A stretch of 64,000 bases of DNA from Diadema antillarum (lineage: Eukaryota). The DNA is taken from contig NW_027271528.1 in assembly GCF_040938485.1 (NCBI RefSeq), forward strand, positions 1,302,001-1,366,000, given 5' to 3'. The notes under the pieces are model-generated. The model was not told the origin of the DNA. It was given only the letters and a program-made list of their open reading frames with translations, and did not search any database. A program made the translations under genes and the position numbers. Numbering within the stretch: position 1 is the stretch's first letter; the number at the start of each line of letters is the position of its first letter. Below, piece after piece: positions 12,133 to 24,721 of the stretch.

Positions 12133-13644
12133 GGTCTGAGGATACAGAAAACCATGAGAGAGACTTGAATTCATCAGAGGCAGGTGCTGAGGTGGCCATG
12201 GTCATCGATACGTCATGGATCAAGGAGGAGCCGCAGGATTCTGAGGATGATGGCTCAGAAGAGGACGGGTTTGTCCCAGCCCAGGCATCACCATCGTCTT
12301 ACAACGACAGTCGATATAGTCTGAGCCCCGAAGAAGAGGAAGAAGAGGGAGAGTTGCTGCTTGTGAGGTCCAAGCGTAAGCGAAAAGTCAACGAAGATGA
12401 CCCAGATTATGTTGAGCCGCCCCCAAAAATCATCACTGTTCGTCTGAAGCAGGAACCTCAAGAAGAGTTTGTGGATACGGCACAAGCCATTGATCCACAG
12501 CAGCTACTGAGAGAACATGTTAAAAGGGAGATTAGGAACAAAATTAAGAGGGATTTGCAGGCGCAATATTCCACAGACGAGGAGGAGGGAGATGAAAATG
12601 TGGAAGGGGAGGGGGTGAATAGCTCTCGAGCGATGGCCTATCAAAGGAAGAATATGCAGAAGTGCTCCCAATGCATGAAGATATTTCATCAAACGGCAAA
12701 ATCCCTACCCCAAGCCTTGCAAGGTCTGTGCTCTATGTGCAGGCCCTCAGTAAGCTTCACATGCAAGTATTGCAAGGACACTTTCAATCACCACAAGGCC
12801 TACTCGAAGCATGTCCGGAAGTGTCTGGATAGCGTCCGCTGCCGGCACTGCCGTGTGATCTTCCCCTCGGCCAAGAAGCTCATTCAGCACGCCTGCCAGG
12901 AGCAGCTGGCCGAGAGGCTCCTGAAGTATGTGTGCCCGATGTGCTGCCAGGTCTTCGACAAGAACAAGACGCGCAACATGCACAAGACCCTCCACGTCAC
13001 CGAGGAGCCGAAAATATGCCACCATTGCAACATCAATTTCCCAGATGTAGCGTCGTACCAGGCACACAGGGAAGGCATTGGGGACAGTTTGCACTTTGTC
13101 TGTTTGATTTGTGAAACATTCTTTATGTCCAAGGCCCTCTACGAACAAGACAAGAAGAGGCATCATCTACAGCTTGGGGAGAGACACAAGATCAAGCCAG
13201 CCCCAGACTTTGTCTATGTCTGCACAACGTGCAAGTTCTGGTTCAAGACACTGTTCAGATTCAATCGGCACAAGTGCAAGGAGGATTATAGAGAAAGTAT
13301 AGAAGGCAAGAAGAAGAAGATTGAAGATCCCGTGCACCTCCAGGAACTGCGAAGTATGAGGAATGAGCGGGGAAGCAACCTCCCAGCCGTGACTGAGAAT
13401 GTCCTGAACACATCTTTCACCTGCCAGCTGTGCTCGAAATCATTCTGGAACGCGTCCGCCTTGGGCTACCACAAGTGCCTCGTGAATAAGCATGCCTATG
13501 AAGATTGGAGTGACTCGGAAGAGGAACAGGAGGAGAAGGAGGAGGAGGAGGAGGAGAATGAGGGGGAGCGGACAGGAGCAGGGTCTTTGCAGGATAAACC
13601 TGATGCCACTGAAGGAGGAAGAGTGGAAGATACAGGCCACAGTG
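12133..13644 (+). CDS. multi-zinc-finger nuclear protein, large exon 2
   Basis: Acidic N-terminus, KRKRK NLS-like motif, IKEE/LKQE/VKRE motifs, then CSQC..CSMC, CKYC..HVRKC, CRHC..HAC, CPMC..HKTLH, CHHC, CLIC, CTTC..HKC, CQLC..HKC. Donor G|GTGAGA at 13645, phase 1. Confidence 0.9.
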
Positions 13645-14039
13645 GTGAGATCTGGCAATTGTGTCTCTGTCAGTGGACAAAACATAGGATCAGGTTTTGC
13701 AAATACAATGCACTCCTGTTATAAAAGGCTAGGTTGTACCAAAATTCCTGTCATGACAAAGTAAAAATTTAGGTCCCAATATGATTATCCATTAGTATGC
13801 TTCCTTAGTTTGATAGTAACACAATTTCAATATAAAGAAAGAAAACTCTTTGCCCCAAGGATTTCATTATGACAAGAGTCAACTGTATTGAAATTTGAGA
13901 TGCTCCTAAGATAAATTTTGTTATTTGCTGAAAGTCTTTCAGAAGTAACGTACATGACCAATAATGGTTTCTGAGTCAACCAAGCTGCTTGTTCAGCCGT
14001 GCAGCAACTGACAAGTGAACTAGTAACATGTGGACTATT

Positions 14040-14200
14040 ATACTCTGTTCTCTTTACAAATACTGTTTTATTCTGTTTGATGAGTTATGTTTATGTTATT
14101 TGTTATGATTGTTATCTTGAATGTATTTGTTTACAGGGCCCTCTGGAAAACAGTTCTCGATTACTAACCAGGCCACCCTGTATGAATAAAATTAAATAAA
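14040..14200 (+). mobile_element. LINE 3' tail remnant with AATAAA, intronic
   Basis: ...cagggccctctggaaaacagttc...ggccaccctgtatgaataaaattaaataaaa. Confidence 0.45.
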
Positions 14201-14463
14201 AAGATTTAAAAAGTAAGAAGTGTTTAAAAAGATGTCGTCATACCAGTGGCATAGCTAGACGTGTTAATTGACCAAGGAAATGATTGGATGAAATGGCATG
14301 TCACATGGTGTCTGTAATGGTAGAACAAAATCAGGATGAAATGATTATAGTGATTTCTGCTAAATCGAGCATAGTTAAAGAAGCAGGTAGTGCAGGATAT
14401 AATTTTTTTTTTTTTTACAGCTTTTGTGACATCAACTTTCCATTTTGATCCAACCATGTGCAG

Positions 14464-16188
14464 GAAGCAGAGCAAATGATGATTCCAACATTCTCATCAA
14501 GCTGGTCACTAATCAGGTGCTCAGCTACTATGAAGTCCGCAAGAGACCTGAGCCGGGCAGAGGGACTGCGCTGCCAGCTCCACCCGTCACATCTTCGCTC
14601 GAGACGTTCCGCAAAGAGCTGTGCGGCATGTGTGCCCGTGTTGTCCAGCATGACTTTCCGAAGGAAGTCTGCGAGAAATCCAGGTCCTACCTGTGCTCAG
14701 TTTGCCTGCAGAAGGTTGGGCAGTTCCCGTCCTGCCGTTTCAAGTGCTCCAAGTGCCCCCAGGTGTTTCCAAGTCTGGAGAGGCTAACTCTTCATCTGCC
14801 GTGGCACAAGAAAGAGAGAGGCCTCCAGAGGAGAACCTTCCCATTTTCCAGTTTTACAAATTCCATCAGTCCCCCAACATCTGTTAGCCCTCCAGTGTCC
14901 AGCATCCAGTCAGTCAGCTCAGGAGTAGACAAGGAAGAAATTTGCACTCGGCCAGTTTCCAGTGCCAAAAAGCAGCTTGTTACCAACTCGTCCGACCCAC
15001 TATTAACATCACTTTTGGATAAGCCCTCGGCCCTTGTGCTAAGCACCAAGGGTGTTGTCACCCAGAGAGACAGCGTAACAGACCTGCCCACACCGACAGT
15101 GGCTGCAAAAGGGAAACCACAAGAAGTGAAGGTCCAGCAGCCTGAGTTCTGCCAGGTGATTAACCAGCAGATGCAGCCATGCAGCAGTGCCTCCATTGTC
15201 AATCCACTACCTGGAGCCTTGCCCCGCCACCTTGCTGTGGCCCCTGGCCAGCAGAACTTGCCACCAGTGGTGAATGCTAACCAGGCCATGAATCCTGTCG
15301 TCATGCTCCGAAGGGTTGCCCCGCACCCGGTTATCAGCAGTGTTCCAGCTGGACAGAACTCCACCGCCTATCTTATTCCAGTGGGCAATCAGCAAAGCCA
15401 TGCCAGTCCCATCCAATTTTCTGTGGCAAGGAACCCCTCTTTGAAAAGTGGCATGCTGGTACAAGTGGTTCCCAAGCCCCAGAACTTGCAAACACTGCCT
15501 GTGCAGGGCCTCGCACCGGCATCAAACACTCTGAATGCAGGACTCCAAAACCAGCAATTCAGTAATGTTCAGAAGAATGTATTACCACAACGAAGGGTGA
15601 ACATACCAATGAGGCCCACTCAGCAGGCTTTGACAGAATCTTCCAATGCAAATGCAGCCCTAAAGGAGCAGCATGTTTCCAGTGGTAAGTGTTCAGCTGG
15701 AACAACAAATCCATCCAACATGAAAATATGCAGCATCACCCAAACAGGCAGCTCCACAGCTGAGGTTACCTTGACAGCTGAAACCATTGCAGAGAATAGG
15801 TCTGTGCCTTTTGGAGAGGGATCGACACCAGAGGTTCAAACCACCGTGCAGAGTTTGGGCGCTGTGTCTGGAGACGGAAAGCCACATCCCGGCGGCTTGT
15901 TCCTCTGCTATGGGTGCAACAGGCTCTTCAAGGACATCACAGCTTTGAGGAGCCATGGCTGCAAGATCCAAGCCTTCCGCAGCGACACGCGCACCGCCGT
16001 GTTCCTGCCCCAGGAACAGATTCACACCCAAAAGTGCCCGATGGAGTCGTATGTGTGCCACATGTGCCAGAAATCTTGCACCTCAGCTGAGGAGCTGAAC
16101 CAACATGAATGCATCGAATCCAATGACATCAGGATAAAGTTGGAGGATGACAGTGCCAAGAGTGTCAGAGCTTCTTCCGACCTCCATG
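14464..16188 (+). CDS. multi-zinc-finger protein, large exon 3
   Basis: Acceptor tgtgcag|GA at 14464 keeps the frame. CGMC..CSVC, CSKC..HLPWH, a long Q/P/S/V-rich region, CYGC..HGC, CHMC..HEC. Donor G|GTAAGT at 16189, phase 1. Confidence 0.88.
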
Positions 16189-17235
16189 GTAAGTCATCTA
16201 GATCTTTGGCTGGTACATTCCCAAGTACATTCCCAAGCACAGAAATGTCAATTTTGTCAATGTTGAAGCACAAACCCAGTGAGTGAGGTAGTGCCAGCAG
16301 ATGTGAATAACAGACGTCACCATTCTGTTCAGTTCTGTAAATTGTTTAATTAAATCATAATTTGCATGAATAGCAAGACATGCATAAATCTGAAATTTGA
16401 TTAAGGCCAAGGAAAACAAGGTAAACAAATTATGCTAACTCTTAACACTGTGTAAATAATCATCTTAAGACTACCTGGGAGTTAGCATCACTTCAATCAC
16501 TTTGAGATCAATAACCCTAGTCTCTCACCAAAGTTAAATTGTTGCCAATAAGCAGTCACTTTGTTTTTGCCTCCATAATTTAACTAGTACTGCTTCTCAA
16601 ACTCAGAGTTACCTTAACAATGCTGCATGCGTGCTTCCTGATCAGGTATGTATTTTCATTCTCTTTCATCTATAAGAAAATACACTGGTACATAGGAAGC
16701 CTAAAAACCCTGTTGAGGATTTTTGGATGTAATACTCCAAATGATCCATCATACTCCATTGCTTGTTTCGATGAACTTTTTGTTAAAGTGCAGTTTGGTT
16801 GTTTGTTATGCCATAATGCGAATCGTTATGGCATGCGTATGTGCTATGCCGTTATTGGAAGTCACCGTAGCCAAAGTGTCAAGCCAGTATTTTCATTAAT
16901 GGCAAGGTTCTGGTCACTATTATTAGTCATTCATCTTTTAAATCACAATTGTAACAAGTATGCACATGTTCTTCGCCCTTTTGGTTTGAAACTTAGTATA
17001 AGGAGTTTGGCCAAATCATTGTAATCTACCCCTCCCCCTATCCCCACAAAAGAAAACCAACATACAGAGAAAAGGAGAACAAAAAAAAAAATCTTTGCAG
17101 TTTTTACAATGAGTGAATGAGATGAGAAAATAAAACCTTTGCGAGAATTAGAGCTGATGGTAAGGTCTGCTTCCTATTCAAAGAGACTCCATTGACCTGA
17201 TTGATACATTTTACACTCCTGCCTTTGAATATCAG

Positions 17236-17444
17236 GACCCCCTAGCGCCAGTATGCCAGACCTGAGCGATGAGGAGAGTTTCACCACAGGAGCCGCTGAA
17301 ACAGAGGACGGGGCAGAGGGGGAGGAAAGTCAGAGAGGGCCAGGGACGAGATTCCACGGGACGGGGCCGAAGGAGGGCGCCCTTGCACTCCACAGCCACA
17401 AGAAGATGCATCAGCTACGTGGCCAGCGAAAGTCACAGATGTGA
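17236..17444 (+). CDS. zinc-finger protein terminal coding exon
   Basis: Acceptor atatcag|GA in phase 1 reads GPPSASMPDLSDEESFTTGAAETEDG...LHSHKKMHQLRGQRKSQM*. Confidence 0.7.
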
Positions 17445-18226
17445 GATATAGAGAAGGGGGGGGGGGGGGGGGGGGGACTGCTTTGGATAATGACATCACA
17501 CCCTGTTTCTCCCTCTTTCTTTTGCTCCCATTCGCTCTCTCTCGCTTTCTCTTTGCTTGTCTGTCTATCTGTGTATCTTCTTATTTTATTTTATGTACTG
17601 CAAAAGTAGAAGTTTTTTGCACATTATGCGCAACAAAAAACTAATGCAATGCAATGATCAGTGGTAAGTATCACATTCTTGTCAGGAAATGAAGAAATTA
17701 GGCAATGAAAATGGTTTTTGTCCCAAAAGGTGCTAAATCCATATCTGTTTTGTTCAAAAGGTGCTAGAATAAGATCCAGCAGGATCCATTCAAAAAGCTG
17801 TGTGCATGATTGACCACACTTTGACCCCATAGTAAGGCCAGGCTGTTCAACTTCCCTGCTTGTGTACATGTAGCTTTTCAGGTGACCCACATAATCTTTG
17901 ATTGTTAGCAGTGAAATATTTCATTTCATTGCATAGAATTTCTTTGGAGAGATGGAGAAAACAGGAGAAGAATGTGTTAAGTTACAAAGTCCAGACGAAT
18001 TTACAGAGTATTCATTTTTGGTCAGTTTTCTTCTGTTTGCGTTTTTTACATATTCAAAAAGCTGCATCACTTCGATGATCCCTCGCATTTATCCCCAAGT
18101 TGAATTATCCTTCGGGTTTATGCTAGGTTTAAGTGTGTGCATGTGCATTACACACAAACACACTGCAATAACTTCTGACCATCCGAGCATTGAGAATTTA
18201 GGGTTTCTGGGATGAACACTGAACTA

Positions 18227-18332
18227 GGGCTTTCTAAAGCTCAGTCAGTAGAGCACCGGGCTAGCATCTGGAGGTCTGCCCCCCCCTCCCCCCCCCCCCC
18301 CCGGTCTCGGGTTCAAATCCCCTGGAATCCCA
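18227..18332 (+). pseudogene. tRNA-derived pseudogene or SINE head with a poly-C insertion
   Basis: A-box-like agctcagtcagtagagc, B-box gggttcaaatccc, imperfect acceptor stem gggcttt/gaatccc, 6-nt anticodon loop, C-run in the variable region. Confidence 0.6.
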
Positions 18333-18904
18333 TTTTCGTTGCTCATTTTTCCACTAGTAAATTTACAAAGTCACCGAAAATAGTCACTAAAACCACTTTT
18401 ACTTGTACATCACCATTCTAAAATTCCTCTTCCTAACGATGCTACACATGTACATCCACAAAGTCTAAAAAATGTCAATTATCTAAAATCAGTGTGTACA
18501 TTTTTCCGAGGCACATTTTCTTGTCCCTTTATGGAGTACTATCATGGGACATAAAGACATTGCCTGAAAGCACTTAGAAGCATGTGAAATAAAAATCAAG
18601 GTTTTTCACTGTACCACCAAAAGTGGATTGAGCACCTTTTGAAAAGGAACTCTATATATTTCTTCTGCCAATCTTTCTGTCTCTGTCTGTATATGTTTTT
18701 GTCTCTTTGCCTGTCATTCTCAGCGTACTGTCAAGCCAGTATTCCTCATAAGCTCATGCCTTGGTATTTTGCTCTCTTCCCATCATCACCAATCCACCTT
18801 TTCAAACTGCTTTTCCTTCGTCATTTTGTGACACACGAGGGTTGAGTTTGTTTTCTGGCGGGACAAGTTTGGACGGCTGGTCTTTGGTGTAGAGTTTCTT
18901 GATT

Positions 18905-19272
18905 TGTTTTTTGTTTTTTTGTTTTTCATTTTCCATCTGAGAAGATGGCTGGAGCCCATATTCAGCAATGCTAAGCTGGTCTTCCATGGGGTCCAGTTGG
19001 ATGTGAGACGGGACCACTTCACCGGGTTAAACACCCTGCTCTTTGCGATGAATGAATGAATGAAGCGGGATCTTTTACGTGTATGAGTTGTGACTCTCTC
19101 ACACACGGGACCTGCATTTTATGTCCTATTCGAGGGACAGAGTGTTTTGTTTCTTGCTAGAGGGGACGGTATGATTATACACAACATTGCTCAGTCCAGA
19201 CTCAGGTTCGAACCGGATCGTTTGGGGCGGAGGCAGACGCACTGCCGACTGAGCCAACTCACCGCCCTCAAC
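18905..19272 (-). mobile_element. full-length tRNA-derived SINE
   Basis: Minus strand: A-box tggctcagtcggcagtgc, B-box ggttcgaacc, body ctgtccctcgaataggacataaaatg...gaccccatggaagaccagc..., (AAAC)-rich tail near 18905. Confidence 0.75.
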
Positions 19273-19374
19273 TGAGTACATGATTTCTGCGAACTAACTT
19301 GTGTATGAGCTTTTGGTACACTTAAGGAAAAAAAAGAAAAGAAAATCCGTACATGGGCAGCATTCTAAATTTTA

Positions 19375-19407
<33 letters not shown>

Positions 19408-19931
19408 CTGTGTCTGTGCATACGAGTATGTCTATTTGTGTCTATTTGTGCATGTCAGAATTCTTAACTCAGTGTTTGGTCAATCAGTTTGCCACGGGAA
19501 TTCTAAAGTGTACCAAATCACAATAAACGTTTTATTCGCCTTCACAGGAAAAAGTCCTCTGCACCGTCAAAGCGCTGAGGTAGTCTGTAGTTCTGGAGTT
19601 GGTGGAATCTCTGCATCAGGTCCGGGAGGATGAGAATGCTCGCTTTTACCAACGGAACTCACATCGCTCCTCAAGGTAATCCTCAAGCCACCGTACCACC
19701 TGTTTCTGGTTCCAGTCAAATCTGCATGGATGCCGTTCAAATTGTCCACTGTATTGGCGTCTGGAGGTGTACTTTGGCCTCATCCCAGTTGGAGGGCACT
19801 GCAGCCTATTAAAGCAAATCATGGATCAGTATATAATCACTGGATGCACAGGACAGACTGGATCGGTCAGAAATGTTAAACGAGAGCATCCAACTCTCAC
19901 TGATCCCGAAATAGGCCTGTGCATCATTTAT

Positions 19932-20130
19932 GTTATAAAATGGGTCTGTAAATTCATGAAATAGAACCATTTTCCCCCACCATGCGTCCGGTACTCTTCA
20001 GACAACACCATACAAAACTTGAGCCATGTGTTCTGATTTTACCGGATGCATGACTCAGTGTGGATCAGTAAAAATCAATGCATGGCAATTGACCAATCAG
20101 ATTGCAGAGATTCTAAAGCCCATTTTATAA
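19932..20130. mobile_element. small TIR element (ttataaaatggg...cccattttataa)
   Basis: 12-bp inverted ends visible; abuts the left end of the pogo MITE. Confidence 0.45.
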
Positions 20131-20310
20131 TCAAACCTGTCTATAGTGACCACCCAAGGGATATAAAACATGTGGCCACTGTAGACAGGTGGCTGCTATA
20201 GACAGGTTCATTACCATGCTTTTTCTCTTCAAGGGAATTGCTTTTAGTGGCCGTATATGGCACTATAGGTGGCCACTATAGACAGGTTGTTGCTAAGACA
20301 GGTTTGACTG
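20128..20310. mobile_element. pogo/Tigger-type MITE
   Basis: Right TIR agacaggtttgactg followed by TA; left tcaaacctgtct lacks the first 3 bases; internal tatagacagg subrepeats. Confidence 0.7.
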
Positions 20311-21039
20311 TATCATGTTTTTCCAATTTTAAAAAGTGAGGCAGCAGATTATCTTAATCACTGGTGGCGATGGTACCTTGACTGAAATGCTAGTGGCCAA
20401 ATATATCTAGTCTCTGTTGTAATTTCCTACAAGTTTTCCTAAGGCAAGATAAGGTGCCAGTGGAAAGATTATTTGACTGCACAACAGTTTCTTAGTGTAT
20501 TGCAATAATGAAAACAAAAAAGACTGCATATACTCCTGTAACAATATATTTGAAAAGATCACATTCTCAATGTAAAATACAGGTGGCCCTGATAACACTT
20601 TTGTTGATACAAGATACGCATGTACCATACGCCAGACACTTCATGTATGTTTTGCTTGTGTTAAGTATCTCACAGCTGGTATAGTATAATAAACTATTAA
20701 ATATTATTTAAGAACACAATCATCACATTTGTATAGATGTAGTGCAATTGGCAATTACTGTAGAATACCACATGTTTTGCAATTCAGGAATGCTGAGCAA
20801 AATTGGGAGAGGTTAAGCCCTCTCCAAAAAGCGGTCACTTGTTTGTTTGTATTGCTTTGGTCGCCCGCTTCGGCCCTGGCAGGCTCCCTCTCCATTGTAA
20901 GTTTCCCACTATTAAACAGATAGAGTGGGCTTTTGATTTTTTATAATTTAAAAAAAAAATAAAATCACATAAAAGCATGATTGAGTGCAAAAGTGTGCAA
21001 GTTGTGCAGTGTTTATTAGTGGGGATCAGTCACAATAGC

Positions 21040-21295
21040 TGGTCTGTTTACATTAGCTGGCGATGACCTTCGGGGATTAACTTCCGGGTTGACCATGATA
21101 AGGCAGCTTCTCGAAACCTGTAGCATTTATACTGCAGCCAAGGCTCCTCGAGGCTGCTATAGGAGGCTCTGAAGCCACCCCCTTTGGGGGGTTTCAGAAC
21201 ATGATCTGATCGGATCTCTTCTGTCTGTTTATACTGAGCTGAAAGGCTGCTCAAGGCTGCACAGGGAGGCTTCAGAACCCCACTTTTGCATAGTA
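21040..21295. mobile_element. probable PIF/Harbinger-like MITE
   Basis: Ends gtctgtttacatt and agtataaatgggg, repeated internal tttatactg and gaggct..gaa motifs; boundaries uncertain. Confidence 0.35.
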
Positions 21296-21415
21296 TAAAT
21301 GGGGTATATGTCGGTCTGTATTTTTGACGTATACCCTCATTTCTGGTTCGCTAAATGTAATTCCCTGAAGACATCGTGATGGTTACTGTATAATGTAGCA
21401 GACCACCACTGTGGT

Positions 21416-21431
21416 CTAGCGCCCCCTGTTG
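21416..21431 (-). promoter_or_regulatory. CTCF-like motif
   Basis: Minus strand CAACAGGGGGCGCTAG versus the CTCF core CCACCAGGGGGCGCTA. Confidence 0.5.
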
Positions 21432-22690
21432 TTTGCATGTAGATGATTACATGTACAATGATTATGGCAGAATAAATGGCAAACAATGAACTGCCAAGTT
21501 TGCCAGATCATTTCACGTCATTGAATCGTCTAAATTAATAATTTGTGGGTCAGTTGGCCAACAACGTGACCACACAAATTCTACAGTTACAAGAAAGAAG
21601 ACATGAATGTTGGTGAGATAGAAGAATCAATAAGAAGTTTTATTGTTGTTGTCATTGTTTTTTGTTTTTTTAATTGGTCTGCCAGAGAAGAAAATATTGA
21701 CCTAATTTCTTTCATATCAAGAGATGACTGTAATTTTTGTAATGTGAAATGATGGGTGAATCAAAGAGATAAGTTAGAACGAGGAACATGTAATGCAAGT
21801 TACATGCATTTGTGTATGGCTGCATGTACAGTAAATTGATTTTTTCCTATCTTTGTTGCTGGCTTTTTTTTTTCTTTGTCTCCCTAAACCAGTTTGATAG
21901 ATATGTAGATAGATGGAAAGATATTGGTTTGTTCTGATCAAACAGAAATGGCACATAGCAGCCCAAAGGCTTAATTGCCTGACATTGTGATTGGTGTACA
22001 GGTAGATACAAAACAGTACAATAATTCTGCACATTGAATGTAGAGCGCACACATTTGGACCTTACTACCCTACTAGGGTTTGCAAAATTTGTAATTAAAT
22101 TACAAATTTTGATTGTATTTGGTCACCACTCTCCCCGGAGCGCACAATGATAGCTTAATTCAGTCTCGCCTGCCCATCTCGGTTTCAAATAACCAGCGAC
22201 TTCAGCAATTTGCTGCAAATTTGTCACCCCTTCCAAAAATGTGATGTTCTCTGATACTTGTAGATTAAGGAAGAGTGGTTGAAAAGTAAAGATTGTAATG
22301 AATTTAGGCTTCATACAGTGCAAATCACAAAGTTAACAGTCAGAATTTACTTGTGATTGCTAGGCAAATAAACGATGTAATGAAACTTTTGATTAACATT
22401 ATGAGAATCTTTTTGTTATCATTTGCTTTTTAAAGTTAAAGTGTACATTCCAGAAAGCTAATACATACATCGTTTTTTTCTGCTTTTGATTGTGTGTTTT
22501 TCAAATTTGTTTTCTATGAAGTGACAAACTGACACTATTGAAGTAGTATTTATTTTGTCATTACACATTTTTGTCATGAGAGAGTGGCAAAACCAATGTG
22601 ATGTACAATTTTAGGAGTTATATTAATGAGAGTGATATGACCACTGTATGCTCAATGATGAGCCTGATGTAGTGTAGTGTATTTTCTTAA

Positions 22691-22775
22691 TCCGATGAGG
22701 AGGAGTCCCAGGTACACTGGGGTAAGTGTCTATGGGAAATGCGTGTTATAGCAAAATCAGTCCGTCCTCAACGGG
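22691..22775. mobile_element. 85-bp piggyBac-like MITE
   Basis: TTAA at 22687-22690 and 22776-22779; imperfect TIR tccgatgagga / cctcaacggg. Confidence 0.55.
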
Positions 22776-24721
22776 TTAAAGGTCATTTGTATGTACGCAT
22801 AATGTATATTGCAGAAGGCATTAGTGACAATCATCCACCAAATAGTACTTTGGACTGTTCAAAAGTTACGGAAAGTGTATTTTTACTAACGCCCGACCTG
22901 GTAATGGGTATCATTTCATTTATGATAGTGATGACAGGATCTAGTTCAGATTCTGTGGTAGTCATTTTTGCAAGATTCCAGACCAGCATGAGCTGCAAGC
23001 TAATTAAGCTGCACACAGAAACAAATTGCGATGCATTTGTAATACATTGTACACAGGCATATGAATTGACATGATTCTCATTACCTCTTTGGTTTTAAAG
23101 ATCTGATTTTTGTTTCTCAAGAGCCAGTAGGTATTTTACATTCAATTGTAATGTAAGCCTCACTCACTCTAATGAAAATGCCTATCATTAGTCTTATGGT
23201 ATTAGAAGAAAAGTCAATTTATGTTTTATGGGTATATTTGACCCAGGGGTGTACCTCAAGAGTTTTGAGCAGTAGGAGAGAACTTTTCTCCATCGTAGAA
23301 ACGACTCATTTCATTCTCTTGTTCTCTCCACTTTTAGTTGTTGCTAGGTGGGGCAAGCCTCCAGCAAGCTTTGTGGTTGTCAAGGGCAACTTTTGTTAAC
23401 AAAGCATGCATAGAATTTGAATGCATTACCAAAACGGTCTATTATATTTGCCTGTTTTGAGATGCCTGTAGCAAGCAGTCGCCTCCCTGATTGCGCCTTT
23501 AAATCTTCGTCATTTTCATCCGTTTAATGTTGATGGACCCAATGTTCTGCGTTGTGGTTTTCCAAAGCCATTGCCAGCTTTAACTGGAGTCACATGTATG
23601 GCCCTGAATAGATGCAATCAATGAAACAGCCCTTCCTGTTCCTAACCCCCTCCACCACCCTCATTTTTTTTCTTTCTCTCTTTCTCCTTTCTTTTGTGCA
23701 CCATGGGTCAGAGTTGTGAAAATCAGTGACCTGAAAAAGTATCCATTGTTAATCGTCCGAAAGTCAACGTCCTTGTAAGCTTCAGTAGAAAACATGGTTT
23801 AGCTTCAGCCCCAATACCTTCCCCCCCCCCCAAAAAAAAGACACAAATGAAACAAGAGGGGCTTGTGGGCAGAAAACTGTACAAGAATCCCGCCCCCCCC
23901 CCCCCCAAAAAAAAAAAAAAAAAAAAGACAATTCTTCTGAGCTTTCTAGTGACTTTCTTTGAAGTTGTGGGCAATCATTGGCACTGTATTCAATATTCAA
24001 GATTGTATATCCAGGGCTTTCCATGTGCTGTGGTAAAGTCACGAAGTTATTATTTTTTTTTTTAAATGAAATGCATTATGTATTACAGGGAGAATCACCG
24101 AGATGAGTAATTATGTCTTCTGAAGCACGTTAAATTTATTTATACAAATGATGTGACATATATCTACATGTACTTCCACTTTCACTATCATGATTGAGTT
24201 TGTGATTTTGTCTTGTGTACAAATTCATTTGCACGATGAATATGTTTTCAGTGCAGCATCATGCAAATTTATAGAACTTTGTGTAAACTCTATATGCGAG
24301 AAATTGTCTTTATTCTATGAATGTGGCACACATTTATTATGGAATATCTTATGTTGGTCGTGGGTGGGGAAACTTTGCAAGATTTGGGTTTCCAAATGTG
24401 TATAATTCCCAAGTGTGACTCATTAAAACAAACCTATTCCAGAGAAGTGTACACTGTCTCGAATCATTATTATGTATGTCATTTTTCACTGTTTAGAAGA
24501 CAAATCTCCCTCAAAATTATTTACAATTTCCACAAATTTTCTTGAGAAGATGCCTATCTAACCATCACTATTTACACTGCCCATGTAATATGTTAACATC
24601 TTATGTATATCTGTATCTTGTATGTGTTGATTATGTTATAAGCCTATATATATATATATCATATATATTGAAAGAAATTGGACCGAGGCGGGACGTTGCT
24701 CTCGATCTTAGTCTCCCTTTT

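Noticed and set aside
14421-14463. Stronger-looking acceptor (poly-T)acag at 14420 for zinc-finger exon 3
   Set aside because: It is out of frame with the phase-1 donor and reaches a stop within 20 codons; 14464 is used. It could still be an unproductive alternative site.
12288-16273. Multiple minus-strand ORFs (e.g. 12747..13166, 14792..15364)
   Set aside because: Antisense shadows of the GC-rich zinc-finger exons.
18802-19106. Minus-strand ORFs resembling a terminal exon (QIKKLYTKDQPSK...)
   Set aside because: Most of the sequence is the body and tail of a SINE, and an in-frame TAA follows the only good acceptor.
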